Assembly: GCA_030704615.1 (NCBI GenBank)
Contig: CM060732.1
Location: 54,188,001 to 54,252,000, forward strand
Origin: Takakia lepidozioides
Lineage: Eukaryota; Plantae; Bryophyta
Direction: 5' to 3'
Length of the DNA: 64,000 nucleotides
Positions 48,253 through 58,850 of the stretch are shown here, one piece after another. The translations under genes were made by a program, and so were the position numbers. Numbering within the stretch: the first letter of the stretch is position 1; each line of letters begins with the position of its first letter. Under the pieces are notes generated by a model. The model was not told the origin of the DNA. It ran no database searches and was given only the letters and a program-made list of their open reading frames with translations.

Positions 48253-49772
48253 TCGTATCTATGAGTGCTAGATACGAGTTAGTTGTAGCACTTGTGGTTT
48301 TTGCTTGAGAATGAGAGAAACCAAGTTGTTATGCAAGGAGCACCGTGGAGCTCTTGGTTGTTAGAAGCGGAGGCGATGTGGGTTACGAGGTGGTAAACCT
48401 TGGCATTCGATCTTCAGCTTCAGAGATGAAAGCACCATACTGTAGGTAATTCCAGAGCACCTTGATGGTTTCAGATTGTGTACATGCATGAGCAAGCACG
48501 ATTGGGAAGAGGACCAGTCAAGAGCAGGTTATAGTGGCTTTGGTGGCAAAGCTGAGAACTGGACTTGGGAATGCGAGCTGTCATTGTGTGAAGGATTGCA
48601 AGACCAAGCGAAAGGGCTGATTTGGCTTGGGGCAAATCAGTGCACTTTGTGGAGTATGGTGAGATTGGGTTTCAATCTCGAGCTTCAGCATTGAGAGGGC
48701 TCTTGTCATGGCAAGAGCAGGGCTGGAACAGGAGCTAAGAGGTGCGGCAAGGCCATGGAATGTGCACCTAGGGTTTCAGAGCTTGGAAGAAGAGCTCTTG
48801 CACCACAAGAGAAGTGTCTTGTGGCTGGAAATGTAAGCCTTAGGGTTTCAGGAGCTTGGCAAGGGCTGTGGAGTGCTTAGTCTTGTCTTAGAGAGCATCA
48901 AGGAGCCAAGGAGCCAAGATAGGGGGCTGATATCTCTTGTGTGAAGAGGTTGCATGTGTGGAGCATGTATTCAGCTCATTGAAGCTTCCATCTTCAAGCT
49001 TGGAGGGCAAGCAAGGAAGAGGGAAGGGCTGACTTCCCTTATGTGAGGGCAATGTATGTGTGGAGCATGCTATCAGCCTGGTGAAGGCTTGCACTTTTAG
49101 GTGTGGGAGTGCAAGGAAGGAAGGAAGGGGCTGGTTTCCCTGTAGGGCATGTAGAGCATGCTTTCAGCCTGCTGAAGCTTGTATTTTCAGGTTTGTGGAT
49201 GCAAGAAATGAAGCAAAGGAGCTGATTCTCTTATGGTGAGAGTGGGGCATGTGTGGAGCATGCCTTCAGCCCATTGAGGCTCTTGTTTTCAAGCCTTAGA
49301 GAGCTAGAACGGAAGGTCTAGGGCTGGTTTCCACTTGGAGTGAAAGAAAAGCACTTGTAGGGCCTATGTGAGTTGGGGTTTCAACTTCAAGCTTGAAGGG
49401 AGCGCAACTCTTGAAGCAACAGGTGTAGAGGGCTGGAATAGGCTCTAAGACAGATGCTATGGCCAATGAGAGTGCTTGAATGAGTGCTCACAAGGGCTGG
49501 GAACCAGCAGGGCTTGGTTGTTTGCCATTGAGTTTAGTGGCGTGTTTGGGGAGGCTAAGTGAGAAAGAAGGCTTGGTTTGTGGCAACCACCTCATGGCTT
49601 AGGGCTACTATGGTGGTGTGTGGGAGCCGAAAGAGCAAGGATACCTTGCTGATTTCCTCACAGCCACCATAGCTCGGTGGAAAGAAGCCTAGAGTCCAAG
49701 AGACACAAACCCTAGCTTGGCGTGGCTAAACCCCTTGGAGAAATGGCTAAACTGCCAGAGCGGCCATGTGTG

Positions 49773-50552
49773 GGGCTGTGACAGGCTGTGGCAAGCTGTG
49801 ACGGGCTGTGGCAAGCTGTGACAGGCTGTGATGGGCTGTGATAGGCTGTGCCCAGTGGCCTGTGGGGCTGTGACGGGCTGTGACAGGCTGTGATGGGCTG
49901 TGATGGGCTGTGACAGGCTGTGCCCTGTGCCGTGTGGGGCTGTGACGGGCTGTGTCAGGCTGTGACAGGCTGTGCCCAGTGGCCTTTGGGGCTGTGACGG
50001 GCTGTGACAGGCTGTGACAGGCTGTGCCCTGTGCCCTGTGGGGCTGTGACGGGCTGTGAGGGGCTGTGACAGGCCGTGCCCATGGCCTTTGGGGCTGTGA
50101 CGGCTGTGAGGGGCTGTGACAGGCCGTGCCTGAGGCCTTTGAGGCTGTGAGGGGCTGTGAGGGGCTGTGACAGGCCGTGCCCTAGGCCTTTGAGGCTGTG
50201 ACGGGCTGTGATGGGCTGTGGCAAGCTGTGACAGGCTGTGATGGGCTGTGATGGGCTGTGACAGGCTGTGCCCTGTGCCCTGTGAGGCTGTGACGGGCTG
50301 TGAGGGGCTGTGACAGGCCGTGCCCATGGCCTTTGGGGCTGTGACGGGCTGTGAGGGGCTGTGACAGGCCGTGCCCATGGCCTTTGGGGCTGTGAGGGGC
50401 TGTGAGGGGCTGTGACAGGCCGTGCCCATGGCCTTTGGGGCTGTGACGGGCTGTGAGGGGCTGTGACAGGCCGTGCCTGAGGCCTTTGAGGCTGTGACGG
50501 GCTGTGAGGGGCTGCGACAGGCTGTGCCCAGTGGCCTGTGGGACTGTGACGG
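49773..50552 (+). repeat. Minisatellite of ~10-bp GGGCTGTGAC-type units with ~49-bp higher-order repeats in the leader of copy 3
   Basis: Dozens of GGCTGTGA units are visible. Confidence 0.92.
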
Positions 50553-51295
50553 CCTGACCAGTGAGCTGTGTGGGCCTGTGCTGGTTTGTGGTGGCCCGTG
50601 TTGACCTGTGGACGGCTTGTGCTGACTCGTGGAGGCACTGGTGGACTGCCTAAGGACTGGCATGTGGTCTAGAAGGCCGAATTTTGAAGCTCGTGGAGGG
50701 CGGTTTGAGGAGTATCTTCATGATATTCCCATGGTCATGCAAGTGAGGGTAGAGAGGAGAGGCAGAGTGTTGGGATGAGAGCATGCTGGGGTTAGGCATT
50801 GCTTTAGCTTCTCTTCCTCGTAGTTTCCACCCTCTCATTAGGCCAAGACCTTTCCGTAGGTGGAGGCAAGAGTCAGTCCGGGTTTGGGCTGGGGTGTCCT
50901 TGCAGGAGCAACACCGTGGAGTTGTTTTTGGTGTGGGGGAGTTGTCGATCTGATTTCTTGTGTTTGGATCCCCTCCATACCTGCATGCTTGACTGTGCGC
51001 CATGCTAGTTTTGTGTGGGCGCTTGTTTTTATAGGTGATTGGTCCGGATTTGATCACCGGCCAGTCCTAGAGCATGCTGTCGATGGTGAGGCTGGGGTGA
51101 TGACCAGCCAGACCATCATTGTTTCTCCTGTGGTGAGGTTGGAGGTGATGACCAGCCAACCATAGGAGTGCTTGCGGTGGATGCAGGTACAGGTGTAGGC
51201 TATGTTAGGAACTTAGTATTCCAAACCATAAGCCGCAACAGGTTCTCTACCCGGTTACCTTGTGGAGAGGGGGTTAGGGACATGTTCATGACCGG

Positions 51296-52729
51296 TTGAG
51301 TGTCAACACGGAGGTGCCACTAGTTGCTGGGGACAGTGCCGGTTCGAGCACTAGCGATACTAGTGGGTACACGAGACGAGGTGTGCGGTTTAGGCCACCT
51401 TCACCTCCTGTGTCTTCTACGGAAGGTTCTGATTCGGATTGTGAATCAGGAGGACTCATACCGGCGGTGCAAGTTGTTTCTTTGCCATTGTTGTGGGACA
51501 CAATGGAGGAGATGTATGGAGCTACCAAGGGGCCACGAAGGTACTCTGGGGCGGTGGGCACCATCGAGTTGGATGATTTTATCCAAGAGTTTGATAGTTG
51601 GTGTGATTTGCAGCAAATGCGCAATCCACAACTATTTACGCCTTTCATGGCATGGAAGGGGCTGTTTCAGCACCTTGAGGGGCCGCCTATGGATGATTAC
51701 CATGAGTTCAGGCGGGGGCATGAGGTTGAGATCGAGGAGTGGAGGATGTACTGGTCACCCGACTATGTCTCCATCACTAGGGGCACTAGAGCCACGAGGG
51801 CAGTGGCTACACCTGCCGCTGCACCGGCAGCTTCAGCAAGCAGCAGTGGGACTGGTGGTACAGTAGCTACGACGTCCACCCAAGCCACTACCGCACCAGC
51901 ACTAGCACCCGTGCCTGCCTTCAACCCTGTTGTGGAGTTCTTCGAAGAGTTGAGAGGGAACTACCAAGGGGTGAGGACAGAGAAGTTGCGGAGCTTGCAA
52001 GAGTTCCAACGGAAGCCGACCGAGAGCTTGAGGGAGGCTTTCACTCGCATGAGGCGCTTGATAAATGTAACCCAAGGGGTTACGGAAGCTCAGGCAGTCC
52101 AATTCTGGTATGGGATATTGGACAAGGAGCTGAGGAGAAGGGTGCGGGATGCAACTCTCCTACAAGCGGCCCAACCCACCTTAGCAAATGTGTTTTTGCT
52201 GGCAGAGCGGATAGAGCTCAACATGGTGGAGGAACGAGTGGTCATGGTGGGATTTGCTAAGGAGACACCACGGGGTAGTGGTGCTCCTAGCCAACCACTA
52301 CCTCAACGTGCTCAAGGCAACAAGGGGGCTCAGGTGAAGCTCAGGGAAGGGCAGAGAGGACCTCAGATGCAGGGGTCTCTCCCTTCATTTGCTGGCCAAC
52401 AACGGGCGGATGTGGTGTGCTGGACATGTGGAGGACCCCATGTCAAGAAGGATTGTCCAGAGGGAGGCAAAGGGCCGGCACATGCACAGCCTGCACAGTT
52501 ACAGTGTGGGCATTGTGGCAAACACGGGCATGGAGAGGCCAGTGTTATGGTTTGCATCCTGAGTTGCGCCCAGGCCAGTTCCAAGGGAACAATGGTGGCC
52601 GGGGGCGAGGTGGAGCAGCCCAGAGGGGACGAGGTGGCCAGCCACGAGGCCAAGGGCAAGCTCAACGTGGCCAAGGACGCGGAGGTCAGGGTGTTGACCA
52701 AGGCATGGCCAACCGGCTTCAGCAGCTAG
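51296..52729 (+). CDS. gag: Gag (capsid-like region + CCHC zinc knuckles) of copy 3; true frame shifts at ~52540
   Basis: FQRKPTESLREAFTRMRRL (retrotransposon gag-type motif), knuckle CWTCGGPHVKKDC, second knuckle CGHCGKHGH..C across a 1-nt deletion. Start codon uncertain. Confidence 0.85.
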   Translation: MSVNTEVPLVAGDSAGSSTSDTSGYTRRGVRFRPPSPPVSSTEGSDSDCESGGLIPAVQVVSLPLLWDTMEEMYGATKGPRRYSGAVGTIELDDFIQEFDSWCDLQQMRNPQLFTPFMAWKGLFQHLEGPPMDDYHEFRRGHEVEIEEWRMYWSPDYVSITRGTRATRAVATPAAAPAASASSSGTGGTVATTSTQATTAPALAPVPAFNPVVEFFEELRGNYQGVRTEKLRSLQEFQRKPTESLREAFTRMRRLINVTQGVTEAQAVQFWYGILDKELRRRVRDATLLQAAQPTLANVFLLAERIELNMVEERVVMVGFAKETPRGSGAPSQPLPQRAQGNKGAQVKLREGQRGPQMQGSLPSFAGQQRADVVCWTCGGPHVKKDCPEGGKGPAHAQPAQLQCGHCGKHGHGEASVMVCILSCAQASSKGTMVAGGEVEQPRGDEVASHEAKGKLNVAKDAEVRVLTKAWPTGFSS

Positions 52730-55509
52730 AGCAGAGGCTCGCTGCCATGGCTACAGCTCAGGTGGTACCGGCTCTAAGGCCGGATGGTCCACCTCCTGCT
52801 CCTGAGGGAGGAGATATGGGAGGCATGGGATTCATGTGTGGAGCAGCACTACCACTAGTGCAGGTGGAGTCTGCTGCAGCCGTGACTCGAGGAGCAGCAC
52901 GAGTTCCTGAGCCACGAGGTGCAGAGGTGGAGTTGGATCCACAGCGTGGGGAGGCAAGCCGTCAGGCTAGGCTTCCTCAGTCATTCACATTGGCGGAGAC
53001 AGTGTCGACGCCATCCATGGCACCTAGTTCTCGCCCGACTGTTACCGAGGCGGAGGTTACTATGCCATTGGGGAGAGCTACACGGGTAGCACCACTACCT
53101 AGTGTTGCCAAGGCTACGGCAGCTAGTGTGCTGCTAGGAGCGGCCACATCTGTGTGCCAGGCTCCATTGTTCTCGGCTACCATGATTGCGACGCCGGGGG
53201 TAAGACCAGCTGAGGTGTTCAGGCTGGCAGCTACACTCTGTGAGAGTGGGGAGGTTACTTCATCTTCTGCGGAGATAGTGGGAGGTGTAGTGCCGGAGGG
53301 ATCCTCGGATTTGAGGGTCAAGACTGCCACGGCGGCGCCATGGCAAGCTGCAGCTGCCAGGTTGATGGAGCTGCCAGCTAGGCCAGCCATTGAGCGCGCC
53401 ATGGTGACACCTGGAGTTGTCATGTTAGACAACCAGGATGGCATTTTCTGTTTGAGTGGACCGGCAGGCAAGAGGTACCGGCCACTGCGAGTCTTGTTGG
53501 ACTCGGGAGCTCAGCCACTGATGCTGGGCAGAGCTGCTATTGCAGGCTTGGGCCTCACGGAGGCGGATATGGAGCCTTGTCCTTTCCAGATACAGACGTC
53601 TCTGGGAGGATCGGAGCAGGCTCGGGGCATGACACGGCATGAGTTGGCTATCAGACTACGGCCGGATCACCCTACAGATGGCTCAGTGATGCGAGCCAAG
53701 GCCATTGTGACAGACGCAGTCTCATACGATGTCCTGGTTGGTGGGGCAGTGTTGTACCCCATGGGCTTCACCCTGGATTTTTGGGAGGAGTCAGCTTCCT
53801 ATAGGCCTGCATGGCAGTCAGGGGAGGGCCGGCGTGTGCAGCTCCCTGTGACGTTCATAGGAGGAGTTGCGGTTGCCCAGCGAGGCAAGATGCCGACACT
53901 AGCAGCATTCACAGCGGCAGTGAGTTGGCCTAGAGAGTTGCTTGAGGGCAATGCTCATTCAGAGGATGTACCACCTCCGGGAGAGCAGGATGACATGTAT
54001 GGTATGGCGGAGTTGCCTACCATGGTTGCTCAGACTCCATTGTGGGGCACGAGCAAGGATTTGCAGCGGGATGCTGATCGACGGGTGCAACAAGCCTGGG
54101 TGGAGGCTTTTGTACCGTCAGGAGAGGAGGAGAGTGTGGGATTGCACCAGGACCACCTCAATTGTCTCCATTGGACACCACACCTATTGTGTGGCAGTCC
54201 GGATGAAGGCATTTGTCTTCTGGACTTGTTTGGCGGGATCAGCACCGGATTGGCTGCTGTGTTACAGGCAGGTGTACGAGTTCGGCGTTACCTGTATGTG
54301 GAGAGGGATGAGACTGCACGACGCGTTTCACTTCGCCATGTTGCTCAGTTGGTGCAGCGGTACCCTGAGTTGTTGTCGGTGTCTGCAATTCGTGGATATC
54401 AGCAGGCCTTGCCAGCAGACATTTCGTTGCTGGGGGCGCAGGATTTGGAGCGGGTTGGCTCCATTGATCTGGTAGTGGCAGGTTGGCCCTGCCAAGGGCA
54501 TTCATCAGCCGGGCATGGCAATGGATTGCGAGACTCGAGGTCGGGTCTGTTTTGGGAGATGGTGCGGGTTTTGCGCCACTTGCAGCTTCATCAAGCTGTA
54601 TCTCCAGCATACATCTTGGAGAATGTGCCACTGATGGGCGATTCTCGGGCCAGGGTGATGGCCAGTGTGCATCAAGTCCGGTCGTGGCTTGGGTCAGCAG
54701 TGTTGCTAGATGCAGCTACAGTGGGGTCACGGGCTCATCGTCCACGGCTATGGTGGACTAACATGATGCCACCCGCACTGCTCAAGCGTGCATTTGATGG
54801 GGTGCAGCGGCCAGCACATCTCACAGTGGATAACATTCTGGACACAGGGAGGCAGTCTCAACGTGTGAGACACGATGACCGTTCGCCTTTGGCAGTGGTC
54901 AACAAGGTGGGTCAACCACGAGCAGCATTACCTACACTGCTCAGCTTCCCAGGATCGCATGCTTTCCGGGATAGTGGACCTGGCCTCCTGTGGGATGCTC
55001 AGTTGCAGCAGTTAGTGGAGCCTAATGCTGACGAGCGTGAGCGGGCAATGGGTTTTACCACTGGTACCACGGCGGTGTCGTCTCTTTCTGAGGCATCACG
55101 TCGTCAAGTGTTGGGGCAAGCAATGGATCTCAATTGCTTGACCTGGATTATCAGCTTGGCTCTAGCTGAGCAACGCAGAGTGCGGAATACACTTCCCTCA
55201 ATGGTCTCTCTGCCTACCGAGACGGTACAGGCAGTGAGTGGGGGCGAGCATATGAGGACCACGGGGTGCATGCATCCATGGCACACGTGGGAGGTGCTCG
55301 AGGTTCAGAGGGAGTTGGCAGCCAAGGCGGCTGTGATGGATGAGGTTGGGGATTCTTCTCGAGTTGAGGAGGTCCTCAAGGATGAGATGATGGGGCAGGA
55401 TGATGCCTTGTCATTGACTGAGCAGGAGGGAGTACTGCTCAAGAGGTTGCAGCATAGCAACCACGGGACGCGTCCTCTACCTCTAAGCCCACTGGACTTA
55501 AGGTTGTAG
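52417..55509 (+). CDS. Polyprotein segment: RGG-rich Gag tail, aspartic protease, DNMT3-like C5 cytosine methyltransferase (~54208-55170)
   Basis: Protease VLLDSGAQP...VLVGG. MTase motifs in canonical order: I LLDLFGGISTG, II YVERD, IV DLVVAGWPCQGHS, V SRSGLFWE, VI YILENV, VIII AHRPRLWWTN, IX ERERAMGF, X RRQVLGQAM. Confidence 0.93.
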   Translation: MLDMWRTPCQEGLSRGRQRAGTCTACTVTVWALWQTRAWRGQCYGLHPELRPGQFQGNNGGRGRGGAAQRGRGGQPRGQGQAQRGQGRGGQGVDQGMANRLQQLEQRLAAMATAQVVPALRPDGPPPAPEGGDMGGMGFMCGAALPLVQVESAAAVTRGAARVPEPRGAEVELDPQRGEASRQARLPQSFTLAETVSTPSMAPSSRPTVTEAEVTMPLGRATRVAPLPSVAKATAASVLLGAATSVCQAPLFSATMIATPGVRPAEVFRLAATLCESGEVTSSSAEIVGGVVPEGSSDLRVKTATAAPWQAAAARLMELPARPAIERAMVTPGVVMLDNQDGIFCLSGPAGKRYRPLRVLLDSGAQPLMLGRAAIAGLGLTEADMEPCPFQIQTSLGGSEQARGMTRHELAIRLRPDHPTDGSVMRAKAIVTDAVSYDVLVGGAVLYPMGFTLDFWEESASYRPAWQSGEGRRVQLPVTFIGGVAVAQRGKMPTLAAFTAAVSWPRELLEGNAHSEDVPPPGEQDDMYGMAELPTMVAQTPLWGTSKDLQRDADRRVQQAWVEAFVPSGEEESVGLHQDHLNCLHWTPHLLCGSPDEGICLLDLFGGISTGLAAVLQAGVRVRRYLYVERDETARRVSLRHVAQLVQRYPELLSVSAIRGYQQALPADISLLGAQDLERVGSIDLVVAGWPCQGHSSAGHGNGLRDSRSGLFWEMVRVLRHLQLHQAVSPAYILENVPLMGDSRARVMASVHQVRSWLGSAVLLDAATVGSRAHRPRLWWTNMMPPALLKRAFDGVQRPAHLTVDNILDTGRQSQRVRHDDRSPLAVVNKVGQPRAALPTLLSFPGSHAFRDSGPGLLWDAQLQQLVEPNADERERAMGFTTGTTAVSSLSEASRRQVLGQAMDLNCLTWIISLALAEQRRVRNTLPSMVSLPTETVQAVSGGEHMRTTGCMHPWHTWEVLEVQRELAAKAAVMDEVGDSSRVEEVLKDEMMGQDDALSLTEQEGVLLKRLQHSNHGTRPLPLSPLDLRL

Positions 55510-55616
55510 TTACGGAGGACAATTGGGAGCCTGACATTGGACCCATTGTCACCGGAGGAGAGAGACGACGTATACGGCGGTTCCTGAGGGCTTACAGGAA
55601 TTGCTTTGCCTTCAGT

Positions 55617-56348
55617 TTGAAGGACTTGGGAGCACTGAAGGGTCAAGAGATCCGTATTGAGTTGGCCACTGACACGCCAATCTTTCGGAGACCCTATAGA
55701 TACAGTGACATGGAGAGGTCTTTGATTCAGATGAGGACTCAAGATCTCTGGGAGGCAGGTTTGGTGGAGCTCTCTGGTGGAGAGTATGCTTCAGCCACAG
55801 TGATGCCAGCCAAGAAGGATGTCTATGGCAATTGGACGGAGAGACGTATGTGCGGTGATTACCGGCCTGTAAATCGTCAGACCAAGTCCGATAAGTATGC
55901 CATGCCAACACCAGAGGAGATCTTTGATGCCATCGGGCATGCTAAGGCCTTTAGCACTTTGGATTTACGATCCGGATATCACCAGTTGCCAATCAAGGAG
56001 GCGGACAAGCAGAAGACGGCATTCTGGGGGATCAATGAGCACGGCAAGGATTGCCTATATCAGTGGCGGTTCTTACCATTTGGGCTTAAGAATGCTCCTG
56101 CAGAGTTTCAGAGAGTCATGGATAGGATTCTAGCAGGGGTGGACTTTGCTCGGTGCTACATAGATGACATCATCATCTTTAGTGTTACGATGGAGGAGCA
56201 TGAGAGACACCTTCAGGTGGTATTGGAGCGCTTGAGAGCGCACGGATTGAAGTTGCATCCGGGGAAGTGCAAGTTTTTCCACAACCAGATTGAGTATCTG
56301 GGTCACATGATATATCCTGGAGGATTGGGGTACAGCAGACTAAGGTAG
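55617..56348 (+). CDS. pol: Reverse transcriptase (Ty3/Gypsy type) of copy 3
   Basis: RMCGDYRPVN, LDLRSGYHQ, KTAF, LPFGLKNAPAEFQ, YIDDIIIFS, KCKF..IEYLGH. Confidence 0.95.
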   Translation: MKDLGALKGQEIRIELATDTPIFRRPYRYSDMERSLIQMRTQDLWEAGLVELSGGEYASATVMPAKKDVYGNWTERRMCGDYRPVNRQTKSDKYAMPTPEEIFDAIGHAKAFSTLDLRSGYHQLPIKEADKQKTAFWGINEHGKDCLYQWRFLPFGLKNAPAEFQRVMDRILAGVDFARCYIDDIIIFSVTMEEHERHLQVVLERLRAHGLKLHPGKCKFFHNQIEYLGHMIYPGGLGYSRLR

Positions 56349-56380
56349 AGGCCATTGCACAAATTCCACGCCCCACGGAT

Positions 56381-58591
56381 GTGAGCCGAGTTCGAGCTTT
56401 CATGGGGTTGGCAAACTATTATAGACGGTTTGTCAAGGGATTTAGTACCATTGCAAAGGCTCTAACCAAGCTGACCAAGGTGGACCAGGAGTGGCAGTGG
56501 GAAGATGAGCAGGAACGAGCTTTTCAAGAGCTCAAGGCGAGGTTGACCTCGGCGCCTATCTTGAGACGACCTATCAGGGGGCGTCCCTTTCAGCTGCATA
56601 CGGATTGGAGCATGCTGGGGCTTGGAGCGGTGCTCACACAGGTGGATGATGAGGGAAGAGAGTTCGTAGTGGCTTACGCTAGCCGCTCGAACAACGCTGC
56701 AGAGGCTAAGTACAGCTCATATGAGGGAGAGTGCTTAGCTGCAGTGTGGGCCGTGGCACACTTCAGGTGCTATCTATACGGCAATCTTTTCACCCTTGTC
56801 ACGGATCACCAGCCACTCAAGTGGTTGATGGAGTCAGACAAGCTTACAGGGAAGCTTGCACGGTGGGCACTTATACTCCAGGAGTATGACTTTCAGGTTG
56901 TGCATCGACCGGGTTTGGTCAATCGGGATGCGGATGGATTGAGTCGCAATCCATGCATGAGCCAGCAGGATGACACTGGAGCTCGGTGGCATGGTGAGAC
57001 GGACGAGGAGATGGTGCCGGGATGGCACGCATCTGCATTTTTGTGTATCTTGGCATCGGGAGGTCAGATTGGACCTACAACAGGGATGACTGTAGACGGA
57101 GTGTCTGAGGACCCTGAGGCTAGTGATGAGCTAGGTGGTGCCAGAGATATACATGAGGATTCGGCTGTGTTGGACTACCTCCGCACGGGAGACACGGCAG
57201 CCATTGTGACTGCCAGGGAGAGGGATCGGATCCTGCAACGAGCCAAGAGGTTCAAGTGGGAGGGGATACACCTACTTCGAGTGTGGGAGGATGGTCGGGT
57301 GAGGATTGTGCCTCACCCCACACAGCGTGCACGGTTAGTGCGGCATGCCCATGAGGAGTTGGGGCATTTTGGAGTGCGACGCACTCACAGTTTACTGCAG
57401 GGGCAGTATTGGTGGCGTGGTATGCATACAGAGGTGCAACAGTTTGTGGCTAGGTGCATGGTGTGTGACAGGGTGCGTGCTTCATTCAACGCCCCTACAC
57501 CACAGTTGCATCCTTTACCTATCATGGGATTGGGCTACAGGTGGAGTCTTGACTTCGCAGGACCGTTGCCACTGACTATGCGCCACCACAGATATGTGTT
57601 GGTGATGGTGGAGCACTTCTCCAAGTGGATTGAGTTGGTTCCATTGCCTGACAAGGCTAGTGAGGGGGCTGCGTATGCATTCTTGGATCGTGTGCTTAGC
57701 CGATTTGGTGCTCCAGCTGAGGTACTCACGGACCAAGGGAGAGAGTTCTTGGGGGAGTTTCAGGCTTTGTGTGATAAAGCCTTGATAGACCACCGCACCA
57801 CTTCTCGGGATCATCCTGAGGCCGATGGCTTAGCAGAGAGAGTTGTTCAGACGGTGAAGAGGGGTTTGCGCAAGTATGGCTTGCAGAAGGGACACCTAGG
57901 AGATTGGGATCTTCAGGTTCCTTGGTTAGCCATGGGCTACAGGTTCAGCAAACAAGCATCACTTGCCTCCTTCTCACCATATTTCCTTCTCTTTGGCCGA
58001 GAGCCGGATTTGCCTGCAGCCATTCGTAGGGACACTGCTCAAGTCCTTAACCTTGACGATCCGGACGTGTGGGTACGTGCATGTGATCAGCGTGCAGAGT
58101 TGTTCAAGAAAGTCATGCCCATGGCTTTTGAGAACCTTGCCATTGCACAGCACCGTGATACGTTGAGGTATGCCACTATACGTGGTGGAGGATATCGTCC
58201 TGGGGTTCGGAGGTTTAGCCCTGGTGACTATGTTTATTTGCAGCAGACTGCTCCTACGACTCTGGATGTTACTGCAGGGCGTGTTATTCTGAGGGTTCGA
58301 GAGGTGTTGCCCTCAGGGGTCCTGATCTTGGAGGGTCGGGATGGCATGACTTGGAAGGACCATGTGCGTAATTGTGCGCCATGTCACCTTCCCAATGTCG
58401 ATGGCAGAGTTGACCCAAACTTGGCAGTGGTACCTGCAGGTTTGAGGTGCATGCTCTGTGGGTCTGCCAAAGGGGCAGCCACCATGCTGGTGTGTGATCG
58501 ATGCTCAAGGGGTTGGCATATGGGATGCTTGACACCACCTCTTGAGAAGGTTCCTGACGGAGATTGGTTGTGTCCACACTGCTTGGGATAG
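56381..58591 (+). CDS. pol: RNase H - DDE integrase - C-terminal PHD finger of copy 3
   Basis: LHTDWS, YEGECLA, TDHQPL, DADGLSR; HHCC (HEELGH...CMVC); SLDFAGP, TDQGREF, DGLAER; C4HC3 PHD CMLC...CDRC..GWHMGC...WLCPHC at 58448-58588. Confidence 0.95.
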   Translation: MSRVRAFMGLANYYRRFVKGFSTIAKALTKLTKVDQEWQWEDEQERAFQELKARLTSAPILRRPIRGRPFQLHTDWSMLGLGAVLTQVDDEGREFVVAYASRSNNAAEAKYSSYEGECLAAVWAVAHFRCYLYGNLFTLVTDHQPLKWLMESDKLTGKLARWALILQEYDFQVVHRPGLVNRDADGLSRNPCMSQQDDTGARWHGETDEEMVPGWHASAFLCILASGGQIGPTTGMTVDGVSEDPEASDELGGARDIHEDSAVLDYLRTGDTAAIVTARERDRILQRAKRFKWEGIHLLRVWEDGRVRIVPHPTQRARLVRHAHEELGHFGVRRTHSLLQGQYWWRGMHTEVQQFVARCMVCDRVRASFNAPTPQLHPLPIMGLGYRWSLDFAGPLPLTMRHHRYVLVMVEHFSKWIELVPLPDKASEGAAYAFLDRVLSRFGAPAEVLTDQGREFLGEFQALCDKALIDHRTTSRDHPEADGLAERVVQTVKRGLRKYGLQKGHLGDWDLQVPWLAMGYRFSKQASLASFSPYFLLFGREPDLPAAIRRDTAQVLNLDDPDVWVRACDQRAELFKKVMPMAFENLAIAQHRDTLRYATIRGGGYRPGVRRFSPGDYVYLQQTAPTTLDVTAGRVILRVREVLPSGVLILEGRDGMTWKDHVRNCAPCHLPNVDGRVDPNLAVVPAGLRCMLCGSAKGAATMLVCDRCSRGWHMGCLTPPLEKVPDGDWLCPHCLG

Positions 58592-58840
58592 TGGCAGTGG
58601 ACATGACTGGAGGCAGCTAACAAGACATGGGAGGCCAAGCTCATAGGAGTCAATACATGAGATCCCAAGCTCAAGTTCACAGGTTGCAAGACGGCGACTA
58701 ACGATGGGGCAACTCTTGCACCCGGCCTCTTGATCTATCGAGTTTGAGTGTAGTAGGGATAGTGGTGGAGGACTTAGTGAGGCTATGGTCACTATCACAT
58801 CTTGTGGCTACCTGGACTTAGAGGGACCTAAGCACCAGCT

Positions 58841-58850
58841 AGGGGGGCGA
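58841..58850 (+). promoter_or_regulatory. Polypurine tract (plus-strand primer) preceding B1
   Basis: AGGGGGGCGA immediately before B1; identical in copy 1 (31986-31995) and copy 2 (inverted, 46271-46280). Confidence 0.75.

Noticed and set aside
49689-50663. 324-aa and 227-aa antisense ORFs (S/Q/P/T/A-rich)
   Set aside because: They are translations of the GGCTGTGAC minisatellite, open in several frames and absent from copies 1 and 2.
52530-52550. Programmed gag-pol frameshift
   Set aside because: The break splits a zinc knuckle and lies at a different position in copies 1 and 2; the consensus is one continuous frame.
54208-55170. Host DRM/DNMT3 gene or bacterial restriction-modification contamination
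   Set aside because: Intronless, in frame with the retroelement protease, and at the same position in three TE copies embedded in plant sequence.
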